In this document: one piece after another, positions 25,603 through 33,411 of the stretch | How positions within the stretch are numbered: the first letter of the stretch is position 1 | Layout: every line of letters begins with the position of its first letter | DNA from: an uncultured Candidatus Saccharibacteria bacterium | GTDB taxonomy: Bacteria > Patescibacteriota > Minisyncoccia > Minisyncoccales > RBG-13-42-11 | Direction of reading: 5' to 3' | Assembly (NCBI GenBank): GCA_964630295.1 | Contig: CAZVTU010000001.1 | Coordinates: 1-33,411, forward strand | Length of the DNA: 33,411 nucleotides | Notes under the pieces: model-generated | Database searches by the model: none | What the model was told of the DNA's origin: nothing | The model's input: the letters and a program-made list of their open reading frames with translations, nothing else | Program-made: the position numbers and the translations under genes

Positions 25603-26498
25603 ATATGCAATTTAATTTCCTTAAATACAAGAAAATTTATTTTATTTTTTCTGGAATTTTAGTTTTGGGGAGTTTGGTTTCCCTGCTTACTTTTGGTCTA
25701 AAGCCAGGTATTGATTTTACTGGAGGGAGTATTTTGGAAGTTGAATATAAAACTGTGAGACCTTCAAATCAAGAAATAAAAGATAATTTGAACGAATTTA
25801 GTTTAGGCGACATTTATGTTCAGCCTACTGGAGAAAAGGGAGTAATTTTGCGAATGAAAGAAATCTCTGAGGAAACTCATCAAAAAATTATTCAAAAACT
25901 TAAAGAAAATAATGAATTAGAGGAACTCCGCTTTGAATCGATAGGGCCAGTAATCGGTCGGGAATTAAAAGAGAAAACAAAGGTTGTTGTTATCTTTTCT
26001 CTTTTAGCAATTGTTTCGTATATAGCTTTTGCTTTTAGGAAATTAACTTTCCCAGCAAAATCGTGGCAATATGGGTTAGCTTCTTTGGTTGCTCTTTTTC
26101 ACGACATATTAATTCCCCTAGGGATATTCTCAATTTTAGGGAAATTCTATGGAGTCCAAATCCAAATTCCGGTAATTGTTGCTTTATTAACTGTTTTAGG
26201 ATATTCAATCAACAACACGGTAGTTGTTTTTGATCGAGTTAGAGAAAATTTATTTAGAAAAGTGGGTGGTAATTTCGAAGAGACAGTAAACAAATCCCTT
26301 AATCAAACTTTAACTCGTTCTCTTAATACCTCTTTAACTACCCTTTTTGTCTTAATAGCCATTTTCTTTTTAGGTGGGGAAACTTTAAGATATTTTTCTT
26401 TAGCTCTTATTCTAGGAATTATTGCAGGGACCTATTCCTCTTTTTTCTTAGTCAGCCCTTTGCTTGTTACTTGGTTAAAGTGGAGAGGGAAGATTTGA
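25587..26498 (+). CDS. secF: Protein-export membrane protein SecF
   Basis: GIDFTGGS, FHDILIPLGIFS and GYSINNTVVVFDRVREN motifs. The ATG at 25587 is preceded by GGAG. An alternative start at 25605 (MQFNFLKYKK) lies just after the secD stop. Confidence 0.9.
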   Translation: MFMAVNMQFNFLKYKKIYFIFSGILVLGSLVSLLTFGLKPGIDFTGGSILEVEYKTVRPSNQEIKDNLNEFSLGDIYVQPTGEKGVILRMKEISEETHQKIIQKLKENNELEELRFESIGPVIGRELKEKTKVVVIFSLLAIVSYIAFAFRKLTFPAKSWQYGLASLVALFHDILIPLGIFSILGKFYGVQIQIPVIVALLTVLGYSINNTVVVFDRVRENLFRKVGGNFEETVNKSLNQTLTRSLNTSLTTLFVLIAIFFLGGETLRYFSLALILGIIAGTYSSFFLVSPLLVTWLKWRGKI

Positions 26499-26523
26499 CA
26501 AATTGGTAAAATTTTGTCAAAAT
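26495..26523 (+). promoter_or_regulatory. Candidate promoter (TTGACA-17-CAAAAT) embedded in a 9-bp inverted repeat
   Basis: The -35 box contains the secF TGA stop. The inverted repeat TTTGACAAA (26494-26502) / TTTGTCAAA (26513-26521) spans the promoter. The -10 box ends 8 nt before the ATG at 26532. Confidence 0.4.
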
Positions 26524-26531
26524 AAAATAAT

Positions 26532-27497
26532 ATGGATTTAAATTATTCCCAAATTTGTTCTAATCTTCTTAAGAATCTATCAGAAAAGCAGAAAGAAGTA
26601 ATTATTCGTCGGTTCGGTTTAAATCAATCAGTTAGCGAAAATCGGAGAGAAACTTTAGAATCAATTGGCAGAATTTTTGGTATTACTAGGGAGAGAGTTC
26701 GTCAGATTGAAAAAGATTGTTTCTTAAAATTAAAGCCAGAGACTAAAAAATATCAAAAGATTTTCCGATATTTTAATGAATATTTTAAGAAAAACAACGG
26801 CCTCAAAAGAGAAGATTTAGCTTTAGAAGACTTGGGGGGTGAACGTTGGAAAAACCAAGTCTATTTTTTATTAACTCTGGGTGAAAATTTTAAAAGATTC
26901 AGTGAAAATGAAGATTTCTATTCCTTTTGGTCAACTAATCCGAATGCTCCCTCCCTCCTTAAAAAAATCATTACTACAATCTATACTCAACTCAAAAAAA
27001 TTGGAAAGCCAATTGTATTAAAAGATCCTAAAAAAATAAATTATTTAGAAATATCAAAGAAAATTCAGAAAAATTCTGAAGGCCTTTGGGGACTAAAAGA
27101 ATGGCCGGAGATTAATCCCCGGGGAATTAAAGACAAAGCTTATTTAGTTTTTCAAAAAGAAAAAAGGCCACTTCATTTTACTGAGGTTGCTCATTTAATT
27201 GGTTCAGCCTTACCCCAAACCGTTCATAATGAATTAATTAAGGATTCTCGATTTGTCTTGGTTGGACGGGGTCTTTATGCTTTGTCTGATTGGGGATATG
27301 AGAAAGGAGTGGTAAGAGATATAATCATTAAAATTTTAAAAGAAACCAAGAAGCCTCTAAGTAAAGAAGAGATTTTAGAAAAGGTTTTAAAACAAAGATT
27401 TGTAAAAAAGAACACTGTTTTACTAAATTTAAGCAATAAAAAATATTTTTCCAAAACTCCTGAAGGTTTATATAACATCAAAACTAAAACAGCTTAA
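26532..27497 (+). CDS. DNA-binding protein with an N-terminal sigma-70 region-4-like HTH and a C-terminal HARE-HTH-like domain
   Basis: LSEKQKEVIIRRFGL...ETLESIGRIFGITRERVRQIEKDCFLKL is a region 4 pattern. I saw no region 2. In the C-terminal part, PLHFTEVAHLI...FVLVGRGLYALSDWGY resembles the RNAP delta N-terminal / HARE-HTH pattern. Confidence 0.7.
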   Translation: MDLNYSQICSNLLKNLSEKQKEVIIRRFGLNQSVSENRRETLESIGRIFGITRERVRQIEKDCFLKLKPETKKYQKIFRYFNEYFKKNNGLKREDLALEDLGGERWKNQVYFLLTLGENFKRFSENEDFYSFWSTNPNAPSLLKKIITTIYTQLKKIGKPIVLKDPKKINYLEISKKIQKNSEGLWGLKEWPEINPRGIKDKAYLVFQKEKRPLHFTEVAHLIGSALPQTVHNELIKDSRFVLVGRGLYALSDWGYEKGVVRDIIIKILKETKKPLSKEEILEKVLKQRFVKKNTVLLNLSNKKYFSKTPEGLYNIKTKTA

Positions 27498-27501
27498 ATA
27501 A

Positions 27502-28800
27502 ATGACAGCTGAAGAGGTTAATCTATTTTTATATTATTTTTGGCAGATTTTAAAAAACTGGTGGTGGGTGATAATTCCTTTTATCCTCTGGAAACCATTC
27601 TTGTTTTTATATCTTTGGTGGCGGAATGATGAATGGATTAAGAAACAGCGAATGGTTTTACTTGAAATTAAACTGCCCAAAGAAACCTTAAAACCGATTA
27701 GGGCTATGGAACAAGTAATGGCCTCTCTTCACGCAGCAGTTTATCATCCCCCTGACTGGTGGGAAAAATGGATTGATGGTCAAGTTCAATTATCATTATC
27801 TTTTGAGATAGCTTCGATTGGTGGGGAAACCCACTTTTTTGTTAGGAGTGGGGCCGCCTATCGTGATGCCATAGAATCCTCAATTTATTCTCAATATCCT
27901 GAAGCTGAAATTACTGAAGTTGATGATTATACAAAGTATGTTCCACAGAATATTCCTAATAAAGATTGGGATCTTTGGGCTTCAGATTATAAATTATTAA
28001 AAGATGACCATTTCCCAATTAAAACTTATCCGAAATTCGAAACTGAGACAGAAAGAGAGGAAGAAAAAAGAGTAGATCCGGTGGCCGCTCTTTTAGAAGC
28101 TATGGCTAAAGTAAAACCAGGAGAACAACTTTGGATTCAGATTATTGCTGAACCAGTATCTGAGGGTCCAGCCGCAGCCTGGATTAGAAAAGGAGAGGAA
28201 ATCAGAGATAGATTAGCCCGAAGACCAGGAGTTCCAAAACAAAAGCCAATAATTCAAGAAGCAGCTAAAGTTTTAATTACTGGTAAGCCAACTGAAACAG
28301 AAAAAGTTGAAGAAAAAGAAATCATACCTCCAGAAATGAAGCTTACTCCCGGCGAAAGAGAAATAATTACTAGATTAGAGGAAAAAATCTCTAAACCAAT
28401 TTTCAATACTAACATTAGGTTTATTTATTTGGGAAAAAGAAATATTTGGTTTAAACCTAATTTTAGATTAGCTTTTTCTTATTTCAATGGTTACACCACC
28501 GCTAATTTGAATGCTTTATTTCCTTTGGGAAAAACTTTAACCAAGATTCATAAATCTTGGTTTTTACCTTTAAATCTTCTTCGTCCAAGAAGACACTATT
28601 TAAGATGCCGAAAAATATTCAGGAATTATATTAGAAGATTTCCTCCTTTTTTTCCTCGAAAAGGAGGAACTTTTATGTTAAATACTGAGGAATTAGCTTC
28701 TCTTTTTCACTTTCCCAGCGAAGCTGCTGCTCCCGCTCCTGGGGTTACTCGAGTGGAGGCTAAAAAGAAAGGTATGCCTCCAACAATTCCTACCGAATAA
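27502..28800 (+). CDS. Hypothetical membrane-anchored protein, partner of the downstream ATPase
   Basis: N-terminal hydrophobic segment WWVIIPFILWKPFLFLYLWW. Acidic central region and basic C-terminal region. The stop is 5 nt before the ATPase start. No motif recognised. Confidence 0.6.
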   Translation: MTAEEVNLFLYYFWQILKNWWWVIIPFILWKPFLFLYLWWRNDEWIKKQRMVLLEIKLPKETLKPIRAMEQVMASLHAAVYHPPDWWEKWIDGQVQLSLSFEIASIGGETHFFVRSGAAYRDAIESSIYSQYPEAEITEVDDYTKYVPQNIPNKDWDLWASDYKLLKDDHFPIKTYPKFETETEREEEKRVDPVAALLEAMAKVKPGEQLWIQIIAEPVSEGPAAAWIRKGEEIRDRLARRPGVPKQKPIIQEAAKVLITGKPTETEKVEEKEIIPPEMKLTPGEREIITRLEEKISKPIFNTNIRFIYLGKRNIWFKPNFRLAFSYFNGYTTANLNALFPLGKTLTKIHKSWFLPLNLLRPRRHYLRCRKIFRNYIRRFPPFFPRKGGTFMLNTEELASLFHFPSEAAAPAPGVTRVEAKKKGMPPTIPTE

Positions 28801-28805
28801 AAATT

Positions 28806-30431
28806 ATGGCAGAAGATATAAATTTTTTCGGTGAAACAACTTTCCGAAATCAGAGGAAAAAATTTGGTATAAAACTCGACGATCGCCGCCGGCATATGTA
28901 TTTGGTTGGAAAGACTGGAATGGGGAAAACAGTAATGATGAAGAATATGGCCATTCAAGATATTCAACGAGGAAAAGGAGTCGGTTTTGTTGACCCCCAT
29001 GGTGAAGCAGCTGAAGATCTATTAGATTTTGTCCCTTCCGATCGAATTAATGATGTGGTTTACTTTAATCCAGCTGATTTGGAATACCCTATTGCCTTTA
29101 ATATTATGGAAAAGGTGGATGTAGAGCATCGGCATTTGGTGGCTTCTGGATTAATGGGAGTATTTAAAAAAATCTGGCCTGATGTTTGGTCAGCCCGGAT
29201 GGAATATATTTTAAATAATTGTATTTTAGCCCTTTTGGAATATCCAGGTTCTACGCTTTTGGGGGTGAATCGAATGTTAGCTGATCCTGATTATCGGAAA
29301 AAAGTGGTAGATAAAATTACCGATCCCGTAGTAAAGTCTTTTTGGGTTCAAGAATTTGCTAGATATACTCAAAGATATGAAGTGGAGGCGACAGCCGCTA
29401 TTCAAAATAAAGTTGGCCAGTTTATCTCCAACCCTTTAATTAGAAATATTATTGGTCAAGTTAAATCGAAAATTGATATGAGAGAAATTATGGACGGAGA
29501 AAAGATTTTAATTGCTAATATTTCTAAAGGAAAAATTGGTGAAGATAATTCTCGGCTCCTGGGAGCGCTTTTAATAACTAAATTACAGTTAGCCGCCATG
29601 TCTCGGGTAGATATTCCAGAAGAAGAAAGAAAAGATTTCTTTTTATACGTTGATGAATTCCAGAATTTTGCCACTGAATCTTTTGTCAATATTTTATCTG
29701 AGGCTAGGAAATATAGGTTAGCCTTAATTTTAGGTCATCAATATATTGCTCAAATGGAAGAAGTGGTAAGGGATGCGGTTTTCGGTAACATGGGAACGAT
29801 TATTTCTTTTCGAGTAGGAGCTGAAGACGCTGAATTTTTAGAAAAAGAATTTGCTCCCGATTTTGCTGCTTCAGATTTAGTTAATTTAAAAAAATATAAT
29901 ATTTATTTAAAATTAATGATTGATGGATTAGCTGGCCGTCCTTTTTCTGCTGAGACTCTTCCTCCTTTTCCAAAACCTAAAGAATCAAATAAAGAAAAAA
30001 TTATTAAAGTATCTCGTGAGAGATATGGTACTCCTAGAGAAATCGTTGAGGAAAAAATCAATAAATGGACTGGGAATTTAAAATTACCCGAAACCCCAGA
30101 GACAACAACGCCAGTTTTGTATGATGCCCGATGTTCGCGTTGTGGAAAGTGGACCAAAGTAGTTTTTCCTCCTGAGCCCTCCCGGCCAGTTTATTGTAAA
30201 TCTTGTTTAAAGAAAATAAAGAAGGAAAAGGAAGTCTCAAGTGAAGAAAGTCAAAGTATTTCTTTGGAGGAAGCTCTAAAAAAAGAACCAATTTCTTTCT
30301 CCGGAAAAGTAGTAACTGAAAAGAAAAAAGAGAAAAAGAAGGAAAAGAGAAAAGAAGTTAATGTGGAAGAACTTAAAAAAACTCTGGAGGAATCTTTAAG
30401 AGATATAAAAGGTAAAAGTAAGGAAAAATGA
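28806..30431 (+). CDS. Type IV coupling protein-like (TraD/TrwB/VirD4 superfamily) P-loop ATPase with a C-terminal CxxC-x17-CxxC zinc ribbon and a Lys/Glu-rich tail
   Basis: Walker A GKTGMGKT (28908-28931), VDPHGEAAEDLL, Walker B FFLYVDEFQNF and LILGHQYIAQM. Zinc ribbon CSRC-x17-CKSC at 30132-30206. The tail is encoded by a 40-nt all-purine run (30318-30357). Confidence 0.75.
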   Translation: MAEDINFFGETTFRNQRKKFGIKLDDRRRHMYLVGKTGMGKTVMMKNMAIQDIQRGKGVGFVDPHGEAAEDLLDFVPSDRINDVVYFNPADLEYPIAFNIMEKVDVEHRHLVASGLMGVFKKIWPDVWSARMEYILNNCILALLEYPGSTLLGVNRMLADPDYRKKVVDKITDPVVKSFWVQEFARYTQRYEVEATAAIQNKVGQFISNPLIRNIIGQVKSKIDMREIMDGEKILIANISKGKIGEDNSRLLGALLITKLQLAAMSRVDIPEEERKDFFLYVDEFQNFATESFVNILSEARKYRLALILGHQYIAQMEEVVRDAVFGNMGTIISFRVGAEDAEFLEKEFAPDFAASDLVNLKKYNIYLKLMIDGLAGRPFSAETLPPFPKPKESNKEKIIKVSRERYGTPREIVEEKINKWTGNLKLPETPETTTPVLYDARCSRCGKWTKVVFPPEPSRPVYCKSCLKKIKKEKEVSSEESQSISLEEALKKEPISFSGKVVTEKKKEKKKEKRKEVNVEELKKTLEESLRDIKGKSKEK

Positions 30432-31465
30432 AAACTTTAAGAGAGTTTGATCTTAAAGGGAAAAGAACATTAGTTAGGTGCGATTTTAATGTCCCCCTTG
30501 GAGATCAAGGGAATATTTTAGATGATTTCCGAATTAAACAAAGTATTCCTACTATCGAGTACCTTATAAAAGAGGAAACAAAAGTGATTCTAATGAGTCA
30601 TTTAGATAGGCCGGGCGGAAAGGTAATTGAGAAATTAAGATTAACCCCTATTCAAGATAAATTAATGGAGTATTTAGATATATCTATCGTTAAAGCACCA
30701 GATTGTTTGGGTAAAGAAATCGAGAAATGGAGCCATCAAATGAAAAAAGGAGAAATTTTACTTTTAGAAAATTTGAGATTTCACAAAGAGGAAGAAGAAA
30801 ATGATGAAAGCTTTGCTAGAGAATTAGCGAAATTAGGAGATATTTATATTAATGATGCCTTTGGGGTTTCTCATAGGAATCATGCTTCGATCGTAGGGGT
30901 ACCTAAGTTTTTACCATCAGGAGCTGGGTTTTTGTTAGAAAAGGAAATTAAAGTTTTAACTGGGTTAATAGAAAAACCGAAAAAGCCCTTAGTAGCAATT
31001 ATTGGTGGGAAAAAAGTTGAAACAAAAACTAAATTAATTGATAAGATTTCTGAAATTGCTGATTTCGTTCTTATTGGAGGTTTAATTAAAAAAGAAATAA
31101 AAGAGAAAAACATTCAGTTAAGAAATCCTTCAAAGATCATTGAACCCTCAGACAGTATAGAGGGAAAAGATATCGGTCCTCAAACCATTAAAAATTTTAA
31201 AGAAAAAATAAATTTAGCTAAAACAATTTTCTGGTCAGGTCCTCTTGGTAAAATTGAAGAAGAAAAATTTCAAATAGGTTCCAAAACAATTGCCCAAACA
31301 ATCATTAATAGTGGCGCTTTTTCAGTAATCGGCGGGGGAGAAACAGTTGAGTTTATTAATCAATCTGGTTTAATTGAGAAATTTAATCACGTTTCCACCG
31401 GCGGTGGGGCGATGATAGCTTTTATATCTGGTGAAAGAATGCCTGGCATCGAGGTTTTAAAATAA
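30428..31465 (+). CDS. pgk: Phosphoglycerate kinase (short form, 345 aa)
   Basis: VRCDFNVPL, MSHLDRPGG, LENLRFHKEEE, NDAFGVSHRNHAS, IIGGKKV and STGGGA motifs. ATGA overlap with the upstream ATPase gene. Confidence 0.92.
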   Translation: MKTLREFDLKGKRTLVRCDFNVPLGDQGNILDDFRIKQSIPTIEYLIKEETKVILMSHLDRPGGKVIEKLRLTPIQDKLMEYLDISIVKAPDCLGKEIEKWSHQMKKGEILLLENLRFHKEEEENDESFARELAKLGDIYINDAFGVSHRNHASIVGVPKFLPSGAGFLLEKEIKVLTGLIEKPKKPLVAIIGGKKVETKTKLIDKISEIADFVLIGGLIKKEIKEKNIQLRNPSKIIEPSDSIEGKDIGPQTIKNFKEKINLAKTIFWSGPLGKIEEEKFQIGSKTIAQTIINSGAFSVIGGGETVEFINQSGLIEKFNHVSTGGGAMIAFISGERMPGIEVLK

Positions 31466-32628
31466 TGGCGGAAATCAAAAATTTAAAAAAAGTAGCTCAA
31501 AGAATAAAAAAAGCAATAGAAAAGAAAGAAAAAATTATTCTTTACGGTGACGCTGATTTAGATGGGGTATCGGCTGTGATTATTTTAGAAGAAACTATAA
31601 AAACTTTAGGCGGGAGAATATCAATGATTTATTTTCCTGACCGAGAAGTTGAAGGTTATGGAATATCTCAAGTTGCTTTAGATTTCTTAAAAGAAAAAGC
31701 TCCAGCTTTATTTATCGCGTTAGATTGTGGAATTGGAAATTTTAATGAAGTAAAATTGGCAAAAAAATATGGATTCGAAGTAATAATCATTGATCATCAT
31801 GAGGTTTTAGATAGATTACCTCAGGCTGATATCATTGTTGACCCTAAACAGAAAACAGATAACTATCCCTTTAAAGGATTATCTACCGCTGGTATTTCTT
31901 TTAAACTTTCTCAATTCCTTTTAGGAGATAGATTAACTAAGAATCTTCGAAAAAATTTTTTAGAATTAGTGGCGATAGCTACTATCGCTGATATGATGCC
32001 CCAAGAAGAAGAAAATAGAATTTTTATTGAAGAGGGTTTATTTTCAATAGAAAATACTTGGCGGCCTGGCCTTAAGGCTTTTTTCGAAATAGAACCTTTT
32101 CAAAGTTTTTTAAATTTAAATCAAAAAATCTCTAAAATTATTTCTATCTTAAATATCAGAGATGTTAAGAATAGACTACCTGCTAGTTTTAGATTACTAA
32201 CAACCCCTTCTTTAAGCGAGGCCAAGGAAATAATTAAAGAACTTTTAGAAAAAAGTAAAATTAGAAAGGAGAAAATAGAAAAAATTACCAAAGAAGTTGA
32301 AAAAAGAATTACCAAAAAAGAAGAGCCAATTATTTTTGAAGGCGGTTCCACTTTTGAGTTGACTTTAATTAGTTCAGTAGCTTCAATTATCTGTCAAAAG
32401 TATCAAAAACCAACTTTTTTATATAAAAAAATGAATCAAGAAAGCCAAGGAACAGTAAGAACACCAAAAGGAATAGATAGTATTTCCTTAATGAAAAAAT
32501 GCTCAAAATATCCTTTAACTTATGGTGGTCATCCCCAAGCTTCTGGTTTCAGAATCAGGAATAAAGATTTAGAGAAATTTAAAAAATGTTTGATTAAAAA
32601 CTATGAAGAAGATAATTATCTACACTGA
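31465..32628 (+). CDS. DHH/DHHA1 phosphoesterase, RecJ-core-like (no extra C-terminal domains)
   Basis: YGDADLDGVSA, IIIDHHE and GGHPQASGF motifs. At 387 aa it is shorter than canonical RecJ. Confidence 0.75.
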   Translation: MAEIKNLKKVAQRIKKAIEKKEKIILYGDADLDGVSAVIILEETIKTLGGRISMIYFPDREVEGYGISQVALDFLKEKAPALFIALDCGIGNFNEVKLAKKYGFEVIIIDHHEVLDRLPQADIIVDPKQKTDNYPFKGLSTAGISFKLSQFLLGDRLTKNLRKNFLELVAIATIADMMPQEEENRIFIEEGLFSIENTWRPGLKAFFEIEPFQSFLNLNQKISKIISILNIRDVKNRLPASFRLLTTPSLSEAKEIIKELLEKSKIRKEKIEKITKEVEKRITKKEEPIIFEGGSTFELTLISSVASIICQKYQKPTFLYKKMNQESQGTVRTPKGIDSISLMKKCSKYPLTYGGHPQASGFRIRNKDLEKFKKCLIKNYEEDNYLH

Positions 32629-33046
32629 TGGAGGGTCAAGGGGAAATCCTGGGCCAGCGGCTATAGGGGTAGTTTTTTGTAATGAGAAAGGTGAAATTTT
32701 TAAAAAATATTCAGAATATCTAGGAGAAAATTTCACCAACAATGAAGCTGAATATCAAGCTGTAATTTTCGCTTTAAGAAAGTTTAAAGCTCTTTTTGGA
32801 AAAAAGTTAGCTCAAAATACCGAAATCAAGATAAAATCTGACTCCGAATTACTAATTAAACAACTCAATGGTCAATATAAAATCTTAGACCCTAAAATTC
32901 AACCCCTTTTTTTAAAAGTTTGGAATTTAAAATTAGAATTTAAAAAAGTTACATTTTTGTTCATCTCTCGAGAAAGAAATAAAGAAGCTGACAATTTAGT
33001 TAATCAAGCTTTGAATAGCCATGATCGCAACCAAAGATTGCTTTAG
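32603..33046 (+). CDS. rnhA: Ribonuclease HI
   Basis: IIIYTDGGSRGNPGPAAIGVV, NNEAEYQAVIFAL and NKEADNLVNQA motifs. Confidence 0.9.
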   Translation: MKKIIIYTDGGSRGNPGPAAIGVVFCNEKGEIFKKYSEYLGENFTNNEAEYQAVIFALRKFKALFGKKLAQNTEIKIKSDSELLIKQLNGQYKILDPKIQPLFLKVWNLKLEFKKVTFLFISRERNKEADNLVNQALNSHDRNQRLL

Positions 33047-33061
33047 AATAATCTCAAAATT

Positions 33062-33088
33062 AAAAAACCCGATTTGATCGGGTTTTTT
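33062..33088. terminator. Bidirectional intrinsic terminator shared by rnhA (+) and rnpB (-)
   Basis: AAAAAA, stem CCCGAT, loop TTG, stem ATCGGG, TTTTTT. The A and T tracts are symmetric. Confidence 0.75.
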
Positions 33089-33090
33089 AA

Positions 33091-33411
33091 TGTCCTAGCA
33101 AGTCTGTAAGCCGAATTCTGTTTTCCGCCGAAAGCGGAAGGTGATCATCTATCTAAGCGAGCTACTTTTCACAAAAGCTCCATGATGAATCAAAGAACTT
33201 TTGGTTTGCTCTTGCACCCAGTAAGGATTTAGCCGTTTCACCCCAAAGGTTATCCCTTTGGACTCGCCCCATCTTGCGATAGGGCGTTCCTCAGCTTTCG
33301 CTTTGGAACGTCTCTGTTCGCACCTCTAGCCTCACGGCCGACGGCTGTTAGCCGCTACTTTTTTAACCCGTGAGATTAATCATCTCATGGGTGAGTGTTC
33401 GGACTTTCCTC
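33091..33411 (-). ncRNA. rnpB: RNase P RNA, bacterial type A; 5' end (P1/P2 strands) lies beyond the window edge
   Basis: The reverse complement begins GAGGAAAGUCCGAAC. It contains GUGCGAACAGAGAC, GGGUGAAACGGCUAAAUCC, GGGUGCAAGAGCAAACC, UAGAUAGAUGAUCACC and ACAGAAUUCGGCUUACAG, in the same order as the conserved blocks of E. coli M1 RNA. Confidence 0.9.

Noticed and set aside
30318-30357. A 40-nt all-purine tract, considered as a possible triplex or regulatory element.
   Set aside because: It simply encodes the Lys/Glu-rich tail (EKKKEKKKEKRKE) of the ATPase in frame. No independent signal is evident.
17528-32351. Thirteen minus-strand ORFs of 62-97 aa in the ORF track: 17528-17749, 18402-18653, 18790-18978, 20241-20498, 23613-23807, 25206-25427, 27275-27481, 28707-29000, 29456-29689, 29903-30157, 30058-30291, 30880-31113 and 32121-32351.
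   Set aside because: Twelve lie entirely antisense to plus-strand CDSs, most of which have strong family motifs. 28707-29000 is also antisense but spans the 27502/28806 gene junction. Their translations are low-complexity (rich in F, I, K, S), with no motifs, promoters or terminators of their own. They are best explained as chance open frames in AT-rich DNA.
1-33411. Alternative genetic code (UGA recoding, as in some CPR lineages).
   Set aside because: TGA terminates several well-defined genes at sensible positions (14643, 16456, 20535, 26496), and all family-assignable ORFs are full length under the standard bacterial code.
1-33411. Defence systems, prophage, integrative element, DGR or retron.
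   Set aside because: No nuclease/helicase defence signatures, reverse transcriptase, integrase, recombinase or phage structural genes were recognisable in any of the 33 ORFs. The only compositional outlier is the single-gene cassette at 20534-21021.

Overview
AT-rich (by eye about 30% GC, not computed) bacterial chromosomal segment. The gene content and very compact layout suggest a small-genome Patescibacteria/CPR-type organism; this is an inference. All 33 protein genes are on the + strand, and many have overlapping stop and start codons. The only minus-strand gene is a partial RNase P RNA at the right edge. TGA is used as a normal stop, so there is no sign of code 25. Layout: (1) 2-14645 is a surface-glycan cluster. 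It holds GmhA/GmhB, a transaldolase-family gene, a flippase, an N-acetyl-sugar amidotransferase, GT4, GT2, a methyltransferase, a PglC-like transferase, a split transketolase, a PglE-like aminotransferase, a PglF-like dehydratase and an O-antigen-ligase-like/TPR protein. An internal terminator at 7676 splits it into two units. (2) 14642-16614 holds murB and hpf, flanked by unusually structured intergenic islands: a candidate sRNA, a poly-Lys mini-ORF with a terminator, and a 3-way-junction leader. (3) 16615-20537 is a five-gene translationally coupled polyamine operon: AdoMet decarboxylase, a DUF43/BpsA-like gene, spermidine synthase, a saccharopine-DH-fold gene and a SET-domain gene. (4) 20534-21021 is a self-contained, GC-richer single-gene cassette. 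(5) secA, a DUF1614-like gene, secD and secF. (6) A sigma-region-4/HARE-HTH protein, a membrane protein plus a T4CP-like ATPase with a zinc ribbon, pgk, a RecJ-like DHH protein, rnhA and rnpB. I found no CRISPR array, transposase, integrase, reverse transcriptase, tRNA, rRNA or recognisable defence system. The most unusual items are the polyamine/SET operon with its structured leader, the orphan coupling-protein-like pair, the hpf leader, the compositionally foreign cassette, and a family of heptanucleotide tandem repeats inside housekeeping genes. All family assignments come from motif recognition in the supplied translations; no searches were run.
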